From NCBI RefSeq assembly GCF_003231495.1, contig NZ_PQWO01000001.1:120001-152000 (forward strand): 32,000 nt of DNA, read 5' to 3'. A program made the position numbers and the translations under genes. Below the pieces are notes generated by a model, which worked only from the letters and a program-made list of their open reading frames with translations, ran no database searches and was not told the origin of the DNA. This DNA is from Acaryochloris thomasi RCC1774. GTDB taxonomy: Bacteria; Cyanobacteriota; Cyanobacteriia; Thermosynechococcales; Thermosynechococcaceae. Below, one piece after another: positions 7,375 through 16,506 of the stretch. Every line of letters starts with the position of its first letter. Positions within the stretch are counted from its first letter, which is position 1.

Positions 7375-8985
7375 CTAGGACAAAATCTGGGGCATCAGCT
7401 GCAGAGTGCCAAGATCGAAGTCTTTTGTAGAGAGAAAGCGCACCTCGAACAACGCTACCAAATCATTGAGAGTGGGTTGGCCCCGAGATTTGCCGGTACC
7501 TCCTTGAGCAATAACGAACCCACACCAGCCCTTCGTTTTTTTACAGCGCTGGTTCCATTTCCGTTTCGCGCGCTGATGCACTGGATCCCCGTTGGAATAT
7601 TCGCCGAATAGCTGCAGTTGCTGGTCTGCCGTTTTGATAAGGCCTAGATCAAAGCCTTGATTGTCGAAGGGACTTTCACCGGGGTTAAAACCCAGTCCAG
7701 CAATCCCGCCGCCCGCTTTGAGGGTCTTAATCATTGCTTTTGCTTTGGGGCGAGAGGTCTGCACCATCATCATAGGCAGACCATCCCCTGCCACCGTTAC
7801 CTTACCTGGCTGGTAGTGCAGCGCAGACAGTCGCAGAATTTCAACAATCTCCCAGGGGATCATCCCTAGACTGAAGAACGCTTTTTCAGGAATCAAGTCC
7901 TGACGCAAGATGGGACTCTCAGAGAGGGAGTCAGTTATCTCTTCAGCGCTAAATCCTGAGGCCCACAGTTCTGAGGCTAACTGCGGTCGCGTTTTCACCC
8001 GCACAGAATAGGAGATGGATTCAGCACCGTCTATCTGTGGACTACGAATTTTATAGCGACCGCTGACCTCAGGGAATTGATCGGGTTCTAGCTTGTGACC
8101 ATGACGCTGCCAGAATCGATGGAAGGCGTCCAAGGCCACGGTCAAAGAGAGGACTTCTTCTTCATCTAAGAACGCTCGCATCCCTTCCAGAGGATGAATA
8201 CTGCCAAAGATAGGTTCAAATCCGTCTTGCTCTAGGTTGCCGGTCAAGGTTTCAGACGAACTAGCATCCTCCACATCAAAATTGAGAAACAGGCAGTCTT
8301 GGTGTAGAAAGATAGCCTCAATCTCATCGGGGGAAACGGCGGTCATCATCTGTTGCCGAAACTGGCGGAGTGATGCCTCTGTCCGATAAAACAACAGACC
8401 ATACTCAGCCTCTAACAGCCCCATGATTGAGACATACAGCGTTCTCAGATCGCCATGATCAAGCGAGATCTCCAGTATTTGGTGATCAGCCAGTTGCGTC
8501 CACGGCGCATCGCTCCAAACAGTAGCAGCAGCCCGCAGCAGCGGTTCACCATAGGAGGACGGCAGTGGCGGTGGCGCCACGGACATCATGGTCTGCAGTT
8601 CCTGACAAATATCATCGATCAGAGGCAGCTTCGGCGCATAGTTCACCTGGATATTGAGATCCTGTAAGGCTCCGCGCAGATAGAATTGAATTTCGCGATC
8701 GCAAACCAACACCGCGCAGGGGCGAGCCGGTTGAGCCGGTCCTTGGGGAGATTCCATCGCCATGATTAGGGTTCGCACCAGCGCCTCCAAACCATTCGCT
8801 GCCGGAACCAGGTCCATGGCGCGGACAACATGGGTCGGATCAGCCCAAACAACCCAGTCACTCGTTCCTAACTCACCAGCACCCAGTAAACTCCCTGGCA
8901 ACGGACGCCGATCTCCCTCCCAAACATCCGTTGTTTGCTGTAGCTTATTGAGGCGACGCACAGTGGCGGGGTTTAAAACAGTCAT
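7375..8985 (-). CDS. Hypothetical protein of 536 aa, with no family I can name
   Basis: This is a long uninterrupted ORF with ordinary codon usage. It has the same orientation as crtQ and ends 89 nt upstream of it. I recognised no catalytic motif. Confidence 0.6.
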   Translation of the reverse strand: MTVLNPATVRRLNKLQQTTDVWEGDRRPLPGSLLGAGELGTSDWVVWADPTHVVRAMDLVPAANGLEALVRTLIMAMESPQGPAQPARPCAVLVCDREIQFYLRGALQDLNIQVNYAPKLPLIDDICQELQTMMSVAPPPLPSSYGEPLLRAAATVWSDAPWTQLADHQILEISLDHGDLRTLYVSIMGLLEAEYGLLFYRTEASLRQFRQQMMTAVSPDEIEAIFLHQDCLFLNFDVEDASSSETLTGNLEQDGFEPIFGSIHPLEGMRAFLDEEEVLSLTVALDAFHRFWQRHGHKLEPDQFPEVSGRYKIRSPQIDGAESISYSVRVKTRPQLASELWASGFSAEEITDSLSESPILRQDLIPEKAFFSLGMIPWEIVEILRLSALHYQPGKVTVAGDGLPMMMVQTSRPKAKAMIKTLKAGGGIAGLGFNPGESPFDNQGFDLGLIKTADQQLQLFGEYSNGDPVHQRAKRKWNQRCKKTKGWCGFVIAQGGTGKSRGQPTLNDLVALFEVRFLSTKDFDLGTLQLMPQILS

Positions 8986-9140
8986 AGACGCAGTATTAGA
9001 GTTCAGACAGGCTCCTCTAACAATGTCGAACCAAACGGGGGAGCTGTCCCCATACTCAATAAATCTTTGAGCATGGAGTTTACGGTTGCCAGAGGCCCTA
9101 AGCCTGCTTTCCGTCGATATAGCGATATTTGATAGATTAG

Positions 9141-10214
9141 GTGGGTATCATAGAGATTAGTGCCAGTCGTAGCAAAGCAAGGCGAAGTAGCGTGGTAGAC
9201 GTCAATGAGCAAAAAATACTCCAGCTTGCAAAACAAGGAAACCTGCAAGCAGTGGCGGTCGTACTCAACCGTCATCTCATTGCGGAAGGCGTGCACATTA
9301 AAGTCAAAGCCAACAACCGCTCTCTTCAGATCTTACTGAAAGCTCCTGAAGGCACAAATCAGTCAACAGTCCTAAAGATCCTGCAGCAGCAAATGGTCAA
9401 TCTGCAGACCCACGCCTTTGACATCGTCAAGATTTACACGCCTTTGCCAGGGACGCAAACGGCTAATTTAGTTCACAGTTTTGAACTGACGGCTCCACAG
9501 AGCAATACGGCTTCGCAAAATAGCAGTGCCCCGGTACCAGCGGCTCAACATCCTCCAGGTTCAAAGACGCAAGCAAACGGGGAGAGGGTTTCTGTCGCCG
9601 ACTTCCTCGCTCGGGTGACGAATTTAGACGATATCAAGGCGTTGAAGAGTCATCCGTTCTTCACGGGGCAGTGTCCGCAGTGCGGCGCAGCATATGAATA
9701 TGACGAGCTACCGGTTTATTGGGACTGTCGTCGTTGCAGCTGGCGAGACGACCTGAGTGGAATGATGTCACAGGTCACAGACCTGAAGCCCAAAACGATA
9801 GTCGCAGAGATGAAGCGTCTCGGGAACTATTTGATGGAGGCTGGGTTGCTAACCGAATCGCAGATCAACGTTGCCCTGGCCGACCAGGAAATTACGGGAA
9901 TGCGCCTGGGTGAAGCCCTGGTCAGACGAGGCTGGGTTAAAGAAGAAACGATTGAGTATCTGATGAAGAAGGTGATCATACCTGAGCGTCAACATACAAC
10001 TGAAGCAGACTTAGAAGTGAGCCGCAATTTAGTTCAGGCACTCCTTAAACAGCAGCCCGATGCGGTAGCCGCGTCGCAAATTTCAGCAGATGTGCCGTCA
10101 AGTGGCCAGTCCCCCTTATCTAACAGGCCACCTTCGGCAGTGCCTAATGAGCGCGCGACTCTGGTACTGCCAGATTTAGATATCAGCGAACATCTTGAAG
10201 ACCACCTATCCTAG
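9141..10214 (+). CDS. MshEN/T2SSE_N-domain protein with a CxxC...CxxC ribbon (putative c-di-GMP receptor)
   Basis: Residues 226-278 read RLGNYLMEAGLLTESQINVALADQ-EITGM-RLGEALVRRGWVKEETIEYLMKKV. The ribbon is C178-x2-C181...C196-x2-C199. The start is uncertain: the frame has no ATG before residue 85, and the GTG at 9192 is a plausible alternative to the GTG at 9141. Confidence 0.65.
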   Translation: MGIIEISASRSKARRSSVVDVNEQKILQLAKQGNLQAVAVVLNRHLIAEGVHIKVKANNRSLQILLKAPEGTNQSTVLKILQQQMVNLQTHAFDIVKIYTPLPGTQTANLVHSFELTAPQSNTASQNSSAPVPAAQHPPGSKTQANGERVSVADFLARVTNLDDIKALKSHPFFTGQCPQCGAAYEYDELPVYWDCRRCSWRDDLSGMMSQVTDLKPKTIVAEMKRLGNYLMEAGLLTESQINVALADQEITGMRLGEALVRRGWVKEETIEYLMKKVIIPERQHTTEADLEVSRNLVQALLKQQPDAVAASQISADVPSSGQSPLSNRPPSAVPNERATLVLPDLDISEHLEDHLS

Positions 10215-10270
10215 TAGGCGGCCTTCCTCACATGATGGGATGGTTTGTTTAGCTAACGACGCAACCTCGT

Positions 10271-10612
10271 CTAGTTCTGGGCAACCTGGGGTAGCCCCAT
10301 GCTGTAGTTGCGGACTCGGCTACTGAGGTTGTAGCCAATCACGCCTTTCTGCAGCAAAGATCGGACAAAATGTTCGAGGTCTGAACCAATACGACGCAGA
10401 TTATAGTCAGTCAAATCTTCACCACCGTAAGATTCCACTAGCTCATCAAACTTGTCGTAGACCCGACGCAGGGCGTCTTCGTTCCACTCCAGCTCGTTAT
10501 CAGGATCGACATCTAGCGTCAGCACCGTATCGCTGGGCTTGAGCTGATTGTCTTCAACCTCAGCAGTGAAGATATGAATATGGCGAGTTGTGGATTTTAT
10601 GAGCATGGTCAT
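10271..10612 (-). CDS. ndhM: NAD(P)H-quinone oxidoreductase (NDH-1) subunit M
   Basis: The product carries LIKSTTRHIHIFTAEVE...L.PSD.VLTLDVDPDNE..W.EDAL..VY.KFDELVESY.G.DLT.YNLRRIGSDLEHF.RSLLQKG.I.YNL.SRV.NYSMGLP, nearly collinear with Synechocystis NdhM. Confidence 0.9.
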   Translation of the reverse strand: MTMLIKSTTRHIHIFTAEVEDNQLKPSDTVLTLDVDPDNELEWNEDALRRVYDKFDELVESYGGEDLTDYNLRRIGSDLEHFVRSLLQKGVIGYNLSSRVRNYSMGLPQVAQN

Positions 10613-10732
10613 CTACGATGGCAACTCTCACTATTGTATGCACGGGTCGCCTCAATCGCGCTACCCATAAAGCTGTTTAAGAGTCTGAGAGTCTGGTGCG
10701 GGTGTTCACGATTACAGTCTCCAACGAGAACG

Positions 10733-12319
10733 TTAATCAGCAACCTTAAACACCTTAGGCATTTGGCCAGAGGCAAGACGGTCCCAATAGTTTTTCAAAT
10801 CGCTCGCGACCTCATTGGAAAGGAAGTAGCACCCCAGTAGGTTCGGGAAGGCCATGCCCAAAAACAGTAAGTCCGTGAAATCAATGACGACGGAGAGGCT
10901 CAACCAACTCCCGAGGAATGTGCAGATGATGTAAATAACTTTGAAAATGATGGCACTCCGTTCACCAAATAGATAAGTCCAAGCTTGGATTCCGTAGTAG
11001 CTCCAGGTGACAATCGTAGAAAAGGCAAATAAACAAACAGCAATACTTAACAAAATAGGGAACCAGCCCGCGACGGTGGCGAAGGCATTGGCAGTAATTT
11101 CAACACCTTCCAGGTCTGTCTGTTCGTAGGCCTTTGAAACAATAATTACCAATGCAGTCATATTACAGATTACGACCGTATCAATGAAGGGCTCTAGTAA
11201 GGAGACCAGGCCCTCACGAATCGGCTCATGTGTACGGGCAGCAGAATGCACAATGGATGCGGAACCAACCCCAGCTTCGTTTGAGAAGCTGCTGCGTTTA
11301 ATGCCTTGGACCATGACACCAATAATGCCACCCACGGCTGCGGTAGGGGCAAAGGCACCTTGAAAGATAAGGCCAATAGCTGCGGGCAACTCTGAGAGAC
11401 TGCCCGACAATATGACAAGACAACTGCAGACGTAAATGATCGCCATCCCAGGAACCAGCTTTCCCGCTACAGCGCCGATACGTTTAATGCCGCCAAGAAT
11501 GACGAGCGCGGCCAAGGCGGAAACGATCAGACCGAACAACCAAGCCGGAAAGGTCGGCACCACGTTTTTAACGGCAGCGTAAGCCTGATTAGACTGAAAC
11601 AGGTTTCCGCCGCCAATGCTGCCGCCTAAGCATAGAATGCAGAATAAAATCGCGAGTCCCTGACCAACAGGACGTAAACCTCGCTGCGCTAGTCCAGCAT
11701 TTAGGTAGTAGGCAGGACCACCTAGGACCGTGCCATCAGGGGCGACACGGCGATATTTGACACCCAAGGTGCATTCTACAAACTTGCTGGTCATGCCGAG
11801 CAAACCGGCAATCGTCATCCAGACCATCGCACCGGGGCCACCAATGCTGATCGCAACAGCGACTCCAGCAATGTTGCCCAAACCTACGGTACCGGAGAGC
11901 GCCGTAGATAAAGCTTGAAAGTGGGTGACTTCGCCCTGATCGTGGATATCATCATATTGACCGCGCACGACATCAATGGCGTGCTTAAAGCCTCGAATAT
12001 TGATAAAACCCATGCGCAGCGTGAAAAAGAAGGCGGCGACAAACAGCCACAGCACAATAAAGGGAAAGCCGTTCTCACCCCCAATAGAGAAGAAGAAGAA
12101 GCCACCTAGGACATCATTAATAGGTTGAATAACTTTATCAATACCTGTTAGCTCATCTTCTTGGGCCATCACTCTAGCGGCCGGGATCAGAACCATTAAC
12201 GTGATGAGGAGCAGGTAGACCCATCGAGTTCTGGTTCCGCCGAGGAATGAGCGAAGCCAAGTTCGGGTCGGATGGCTCCTTTGTCGCTCTTTGGCATTCA
12301 ACCTATTTTTTTCAGTCAT
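10733..12319 (-). CDS. Alanine/glycine:cation symporter (AGCS family)
   Basis: The product is a multi-TM protein with FINIRGFKHAIDVVRGQYD......GEV.HFQAL.TALSGTVGLGNIAGVA.AI..GGPGA..WM...G..GM..KF.E..L, the AGCS/AlsT signature. Confidence 0.85.
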   Translation of the reverse strand: MTEKNRLNAKERQRSHPTRTWLRSFLGGTRTRWVYLLLITLMVLIPAARVMAQEDELTGIDKVIQPINDVLGGFFFFSIGGENGFPFIVLWLFVAAFFFTLRMGFINIRGFKHAIDVVRGQYDDIHDQGEVTHFQALSTALSGTVGLGNIAGVAVAISIGGPGAMVWMTIAGLLGMTSKFVECTLGVKYRRVAPDGTVLGGPAYYLNAGLAQRGLRPVGQGLAILFCILCLGGSIGGGNLFQSNQAYAAVKNVVPTFPAWLFGLIVSALAALVILGGIKRIGAVAGKLVPGMAIIYVCSCLVILSGSLSELPAAIGLIFQGAFAPTAAVGGIIGVMVQGIKRSSFSNEAGVGSASIVHSAARTHEPIREGLVSLLEPFIDTVVICNMTALVIIVSKAYEQTDLEGVEITANAFATVAGWFPILLSIAVCLFAFSTIVTWSYYGIQAWTYLFGERSAIIFKVIYIICTFLGSWLSLSVVIDFTDLLFLGMAFPNLLGCYFLSNEVASDLKNYWDRLASGQMPKVFKVAD

Positions 12320-12471
12320 AATTTTTTATAGTTAGACCTCAGCTCAGCCTCTCAGTGCCTTAAGTGCAGCTTACTAGCGCTGTTGGCATAAGAGCTTAGC
12401 ATCTTCCTTGTGATCTAACCTACTTTTGTATGTTAAGCAGCGGAGACTTGTGATATGTCCATAGAAACGCG

Positions 12472-13668
12472 ATGACATTTCTAATTTTGGTCAGTGGGCT
12501 GGCACTATTTTTGGCTTGGAATCTGGGCGCAAATGATGTGGCAAATGCGATGGGCACATCGGTGGGATCTAAGGCGCTCACGCTTCGTCAGGCGATCGTG
12601 TTAGCAGGCGTTCTAGAATTTTCAGGGGCGGTTCTGTTTGGTCGGCAGGTGATCGCAACTTTAATGCGGGGCGTTGTGGATTTAGAGCTGTTTCGCCCCC
12701 AGCCTCAACTTTTACTACTAGGAATGGTGTCCGTGCTGCTCACCTGTGGCCTGTGGCTGCAGGTTGCAACTTGGCAGGGGTGGCCGGTGGCCTCTTCCCA
12801 TGCAACGGTGGGGGCAATCGCAGGCATGAGCTGCACGGCCTTCGGGATTCGGACGGTTCACTGGTCCGTGATTGGCCTCATTTCTCTCACCTGGATTCTG
12901 ACGCCACTGCTCAGTGGGCTAATGGCGGCGCTATTCTATAGCGTGGTGAAACGCAACCTTTTAGAGCATCCCCACAGGCTAGAGGAATGGTTGCCCTGGC
13001 TCAGCGTGGTGGCGTGGCTGATCGTCGGTGCCGTCGTGCTGCCCCAATTCTCTGCGTTGACCCAAGGGGTTCCGGGCGGGACGCTCACGGTGGCGCTGGT
13101 GGGGGCGGTCATATTTACGCTCTACCAATGGTCCAGGGTTGATCAAGATCCAGAGGCGGCGGTTGAACCCCGGATGGGCACGTTTCAGGTTCTCAGTGCC
13201 TGTATGGTTGCTTTTGCTCACGGCTCTAATGATGTGGGGAATGCTGTGGCTCCGTTGGTTGCGATCGCAACCCTCTACACCACCGGCAGCATCCCCTCCG
13301 GCGACCTATCTGCCCCGCTCTGGATTCTTATACTGGGGGGCATTGGCATCACCGCCGGTCTCGCCATTTCAGGTCGCAAAGTCATCTCAACCGTTGGCGA
13401 GCAGATCATTCCTCTACAGACCAGTAGTGGCTTCAGTGCAGAACTCGCCACCGCCACCACCGTGTTGCTGTCTTCTCGCTTTGGCCTACCAGTCTCCACC
13501 ACCCATGCCCTGATCGGAGGCGTCGTCGGGATTGGTCTGGTTCAAGACTGGCGGACCATTCAACTCACAACGCTCCGCCAGATTGCCTTAGCATGGCTGA
13601 TCACCATCCCCATCTCGATCTCGCTATCTGCCCTCATCTTCTTAGGGCTGCAGCGGCTACCACTCTAG
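12472..13668 (+). CDS. Inorganic phosphate transporter, PiT (PHO4) family
   Basis: The N-terminal half has W.LGANDVANAMGTSVGS.AL and the C-terminal half has FAHGSNDV.NA..P, the duplicated PiT signature. The product is an all-TM protein of 398 aa. Confidence 0.85.
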   Translation: MTFLILVSGLALFLAWNLGANDVANAMGTSVGSKALTLRQAIVLAGVLEFSGAVLFGRQVIATLMRGVVDLELFRPQPQLLLLGMVSVLLTCGLWLQVATWQGWPVASSHATVGAIAGMSCTAFGIRTVHWSVIGLISLTWILTPLLSGLMAALFYSVVKRNLLEHPHRLEEWLPWLSVVAWLIVGAVVLPQFSALTQGVPGGTLTVALVGAVIFTLYQWSRVDQDPEAAVEPRMGTFQVLSACMVAFAHGSNDVGNAVAPLVAIATLYTTGSIPSGDLSAPLWILILGGIGITAGLAISGRKVISTVGEQIIPLQTSSGFSAELATATTVLLSSRFGLPVSTTHALIGGVVGIGLVQDWRTIQLTTLRQIALAWLITIPISISLSALIFLGLQRLPL

Positions 13669-13686
13669 ACGGTGGAGAAGCCGAAT

Positions 13687-14358
13687 TTAAAGCACGACCT
13701 TAATTGCCTCTTGTGCTTCACAGCGCAGCTTCGCTGAAATTCGGAATAGCTCTCGCCCTGTATTTAAGTAGTGATCGTCATAGCAAAGCGTGAAGCGCTC
13801 CAGCTCTTCAACCCCGTCTTCAAGATGACTCAAACAGTAGTAAAGATGCGCCGCAATCCCTGCCATATTGGCAGGGTTGGGCATCGACCGAAAAGAGGTT
13901 TGTGCAGACTCTAGCGTCACGCGGCAATTATCAAGGTAAGTCTGAAAATCTTCCATGAGCTGATCGTCAAAAGGATCGGCAGCCAGCTGAGCAATTTCTG
14001 GCTTAAGCTGACTGATCACCTGAGCCAGCTCACGATTAACAGGGCCATAAACCCGCTGCAGCCAATCCTGCAGATGAGAATCAGTATCCCGCGAGACCTG
14101 TGAGGGGCGATGCGGCTGCGCCGTCCGAGCCTGAGGACCACTCTGCCCCCGCCGTACTTGGTCATAGTTTTGCCGCCGTCGGCGATCGCTCAAAACCTCA
14201 TAGGCCGCATTCACCTGAGCAATGCGATCATGATCGGCCATCTTGCTGTGACTATCAGGATGGAAGCGCTTCGCCAACTGACGATAGGCGCGCTTTACCT
14301 CCTCCTGGGTCGCAGTCGACTTAACGCCTAGCACTCGATAGGGATCAACATTCTCCAT
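13687..14358 (-). CDS. J-domain (DnaJ N-terminal domain) protein
   Basis: The N-terminus reads DPYRVLGV...AT.EEVKRAYRQLAKRFHPD, containing the HPD tripeptide. The remaining roughly 150 aa are not DnaJ-like, with no G/F or zinc-finger region. Confidence 0.8.
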   Translation of the reverse strand: MENVDPYRVLGVKSTATQEEVKRAYRQLAKRFHPDSHSKMADHDRIAQVNAAYEVLSDRRRRQNYDQVRRGQSGPQARTAQPHRPSQVSRDTDSHLQDWLQRVYGPVNRELAQVISQLKPEIAQLAADPFDDQLMEDFQTYLDNCRVTLESAQTSFRSMPNPANMAGIAAHLYYCLSHLEDGVEELERFTLCYDDHYLNTGRELFRISAKLRCEAQEAIKVVL

Positions 14359-14524
14359 GATGCACTCATAACAGCTTTAACAAATCCAGCGATGAAAAGG
14401 TCTTTAATATACTCGATCCCTGTTCCTCTATCACTCAGCGCTAGCACCGGCTTCCTATACTTTTTGGGTGCTGCCTGTCCGGTCTTTGCAGACATCTTTA
14501 GCACACGATTCGAGCACAGCGGGC

Positions 14525-14564
14525 TGTTGCATAACTTTACTAAGTTTTATAATGTTGCATAACT
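14525..14564. repeat. 12-bp direct repeat TGTTGCATAACT x2 in the intergenic region
   Basis: The two copies lie at 14525-14536 and 14553-14564, a 28-bp pitch. They sit in the 366-bp gap between the J-domain gene and the comB-like gene. Confidence 0.6.
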
Positions 14565-14724
14565 AGCTATCAAATGGAAGCGAGTGGCAGGCTCTATAGT
14601 TATTCACTTCTGGGACATTAGAACCCTCAAACATCTTTAAGAGCCTGCTTTGTTTTATGGGGAGGCCAAAGCCCCTAGAATAGAACCGTCTTTCCACTTC
14701 AACCTGTCGCATTAACAAGCAGCC

Positions 14725-16506
14725 GTGAAATTATTCGTTTACCACACTCCTGAACTTCTTCCTCAACAAGGTCGCCCTCAATGTGCGATCGCAATTGACG
14801 TTCTCCGCGCCAGTACGACAATTACAACGGCCCTTAACTCTGGGGCAGAAGCGATTCAAGTCTTTAGCGACATCGACGAACTTTTTGCCGCCAGCGAGGA
14901 ATTCCCAGAAGAGAAACGCCTGCGGGCGGGAGAACGGGGTGGCAAAAAGGTTGCTAAGTGCGACTTGGGCAACTCTCCCCTCGACTGCACCCCTGAAAAG
15001 GTAGAAGGCAAACGCTTATTTCTGAGCACCACCAACGGCACGCGATGCCTAGAAAGCGTTCAGCAAGTATCCACCGTACTGGTAGCGGCACTCATCAATC
15101 GTCAGGCAGTGGTGGATTATCTGCTCAAGAAAAAGCCAGGGAAAGTATGGTTAGTCGGCTCCGGTTGGCAGGGGGAATATTCTCTAGAAGATACGATTTG
15201 TGCAGGAGCGGTTGCCGATGGCGTTCTAGAGCAGTCGAAAAGTACGCTTAGCAAAATATCCGGTAATGATGAACTCATTGCAGCGGTGGCCCTTTATCGC
15301 CAGTGGAAAGGGCAGCTTCAGGAGGTGATGGCTCTCTCTAGTCATGGACAGCGCCTTAATCGTCTTCGGGGCCAGAAAGACATCGCCTACTGCTGTGAGA
15401 TAGATACGGTCAATGTGCTGCCGGTGCAGAAACAGCCTGGTTTGCTAGTTGTCCGTCAGCCTGGATTTTTTGAAAAGCTATTTTCAGGTGGCTTATTTGG
15501 GGGCGGTAAGAAAGAGCCTAAAGCGAAGGCGCTCAAAAACGCTGCAGTTAAAGACGCTGCAGTTAAGGACGAGCCAAAGGCACTGCCCTCAGCCAAAGAC
15601 AAGCAGGCAAGGCCAGAGAAGAACCGTAAGCAAAAAGGGAAATCCACTGCGCCCGCAACCAGCCCACAGCCCGCAGCTGAGGCAAAATCTAAAGCTGGCG
15701 GAAGAAAGGCGCTGAAATCAGCAGGCAGTCCACCGCAATCTGTGACGAAGACGGACAATGGCAAAGTAGATAAGGCAAAGATAGAACGAGCAAAAATAGC
15801 GGAACAGGCAAAGCCAGCAGAAGCCTCAAAGAGCAAGGCAAATGCGGCTGCCGCCGCCAAGGCAAAACAAGCCGAAGCAAAGCTAAAGGCAGAAGCGGAG
15901 AAAGCAAAAGCTGAAAAGGCCAAGGCGGACAAAGCCAAGGCTGAAGCAGAAAAAGCAAAAGCGGAGGCAAAGGCAAAGGCTGAAGCGGAAAAAGCTAAGG
16001 CTGAGAGAGCCAAGGCAGACAAAGCTAAGGCTGAAGCGGAAAAGGCAAAAGCGGAGGCCACAATAGCACCGAAGAAGGCAGAGTCAGCTCCCGCAGCAAA
16101 AGCGGAGCCCGCCAAAGCCAAAGCAGCTAAGACAGAATCCGTTAAGGCCGCGATGAAGACTGAAGAGAAAACAGCGGAGCCGATGAAGTCAGCGGAAAGC
16201 AAGCCCTCCAGCAGCATCGCGACAGCTAGCTCGTCAACTCCAACAACCTCAGAGAAGCAGCCTGCCACCTCTAACGTAAAAGCCGAGTCTGGTGCGGCCA
16301 AGCCTGGCTCTACGGAGCAGTCGGTCAAGCCAGCAATGACGGCCACAGCTCAAAGCAGCGATGCCAAGCCCGCAGTAACCAAGTCAGCAGAGGAAAAAGC
16401 GAGCGCGCCGTCGGCTAAGCCAGAGGCGAAGAAAGCAGGGAAGGAGTCCTTCAAGCTCCCTACTCTCAAGGGCTTTACAGACCGATTAGGTCGGCTCGGG
16501 AAGTAA
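14725..16506 (+). CDS. 2-phosphosulfolactate phosphatase (ComB)-like domain fused to a long Ala/Lys/Glu/Pro/Ser-rich tail
   Basis: GTG start. The N-terminal ~245 aa reads AIAIDVLRASTTITTAL..GAE.I......, LGNSP, STTNGT and GSGW.G..SLED..CAG, the ComB family pattern. The remaining ~350 aa is low-complexity (KAEAEKAKA...), which also creates the antisense shadow ORF at 15456-16346. Confidence 0.75.
   Translation: MKLFVYHTPELLPQQGRPQCAIAIDVLRASTTITTALNSGAEAIQVFSDIDELFAASEEFPEEKRLRAGERGGKKVAKCDLGNSPLDCTPEKVEGKRLFLSTTNGTRCLESVQQVSTVLVAALINRQAVVDYLLKKKPGKVWLVGSGWQGEYSLEDTICAGAVADGVLEQSKSTLSKISGNDELIAAVALYRQWKGQLQEVMALSSHGQRLNRLRGQKDIAYCCEIDTVNVLPVQKQPGLLVVRQPGFFEKLFSGGLFGGGKKEPKAKALKNAAVKDAAVKDEPKALPSAKDKQARPEKNRKQKGKSTAPATSPQPAAEAKSKAGGRKALKSAGSPPQSVTKTDNGKVDKAKIERAKIAEQAKPAEASKSKANAAAAAKAKQAEAKLKAEAEKAKAEKAKADKAKAEAEKAKAEAKAKAEAEKAKAERAKADKAKAEAEKAKAEATIAPKKAESAPAAKAEPAKAKAAKTESVKAAMKTEEKTAEPMKSAESKPSSSIATASSSTPTTSEKQPATSNVKAESGAAKPGSTEQSVKPAMTATAQSSDAKPAVTKSAEEKASAPSAKPEAKKAGKESFKLPTLKGFTDRLGRLGK
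15889..16068 (+). repeat. Tandem 90-nt (30-codon) duplication inside the low-complexity tail
   Basis: Unit 1 (15889-15978) encodes AEAEKAKAEKAKADKAKAEAEKAKAEAKAK. Unit 2 (15979-16068) encodes AEAEKAKAERAKADKAKAEAEKAKAEATIA. The units are in frame and differ mostly at synonymous positions. Confidence 0.7.

Noticed and set aside
7480-7510. P-loop-like string AQGGTGKS near the C-terminus of the 536-aa protein
   Set aside because: Only about 40 residues follow it, there is no preceding beta-strand context, and I found no Walker B motif. It is a chance match to [AG]x4GK[ST].
12320-12471. Possible Pho boxes (CTTAGC, CTAACC, TTAAGC) upstream of the PiT transporter
   Set aside because: The half-sites are spaced about 18-20 bp apart rather than the roughly 11-bp tandem spacing I recall for cyanobacterial SphR boxes, and the sequences are degenerate.
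14359-14724. TPP riboswitch upstream of the comB-like/thiS unit
   Set aside because: I saw no CUGAGA / ACCUGAUCUGGAUAAUGCCAGCG-like core elements on either strand.
15456-16346. 296-aa ORF on the minus strand, antisense to the comB-like tail
   Set aside because: Its product is pure Ala/Ser/Phe/Leu low complexity. It is the mirror of the GCN/AAR-rich sense repeats, so it is a shadow ORF. The same applies to 15689-15976.
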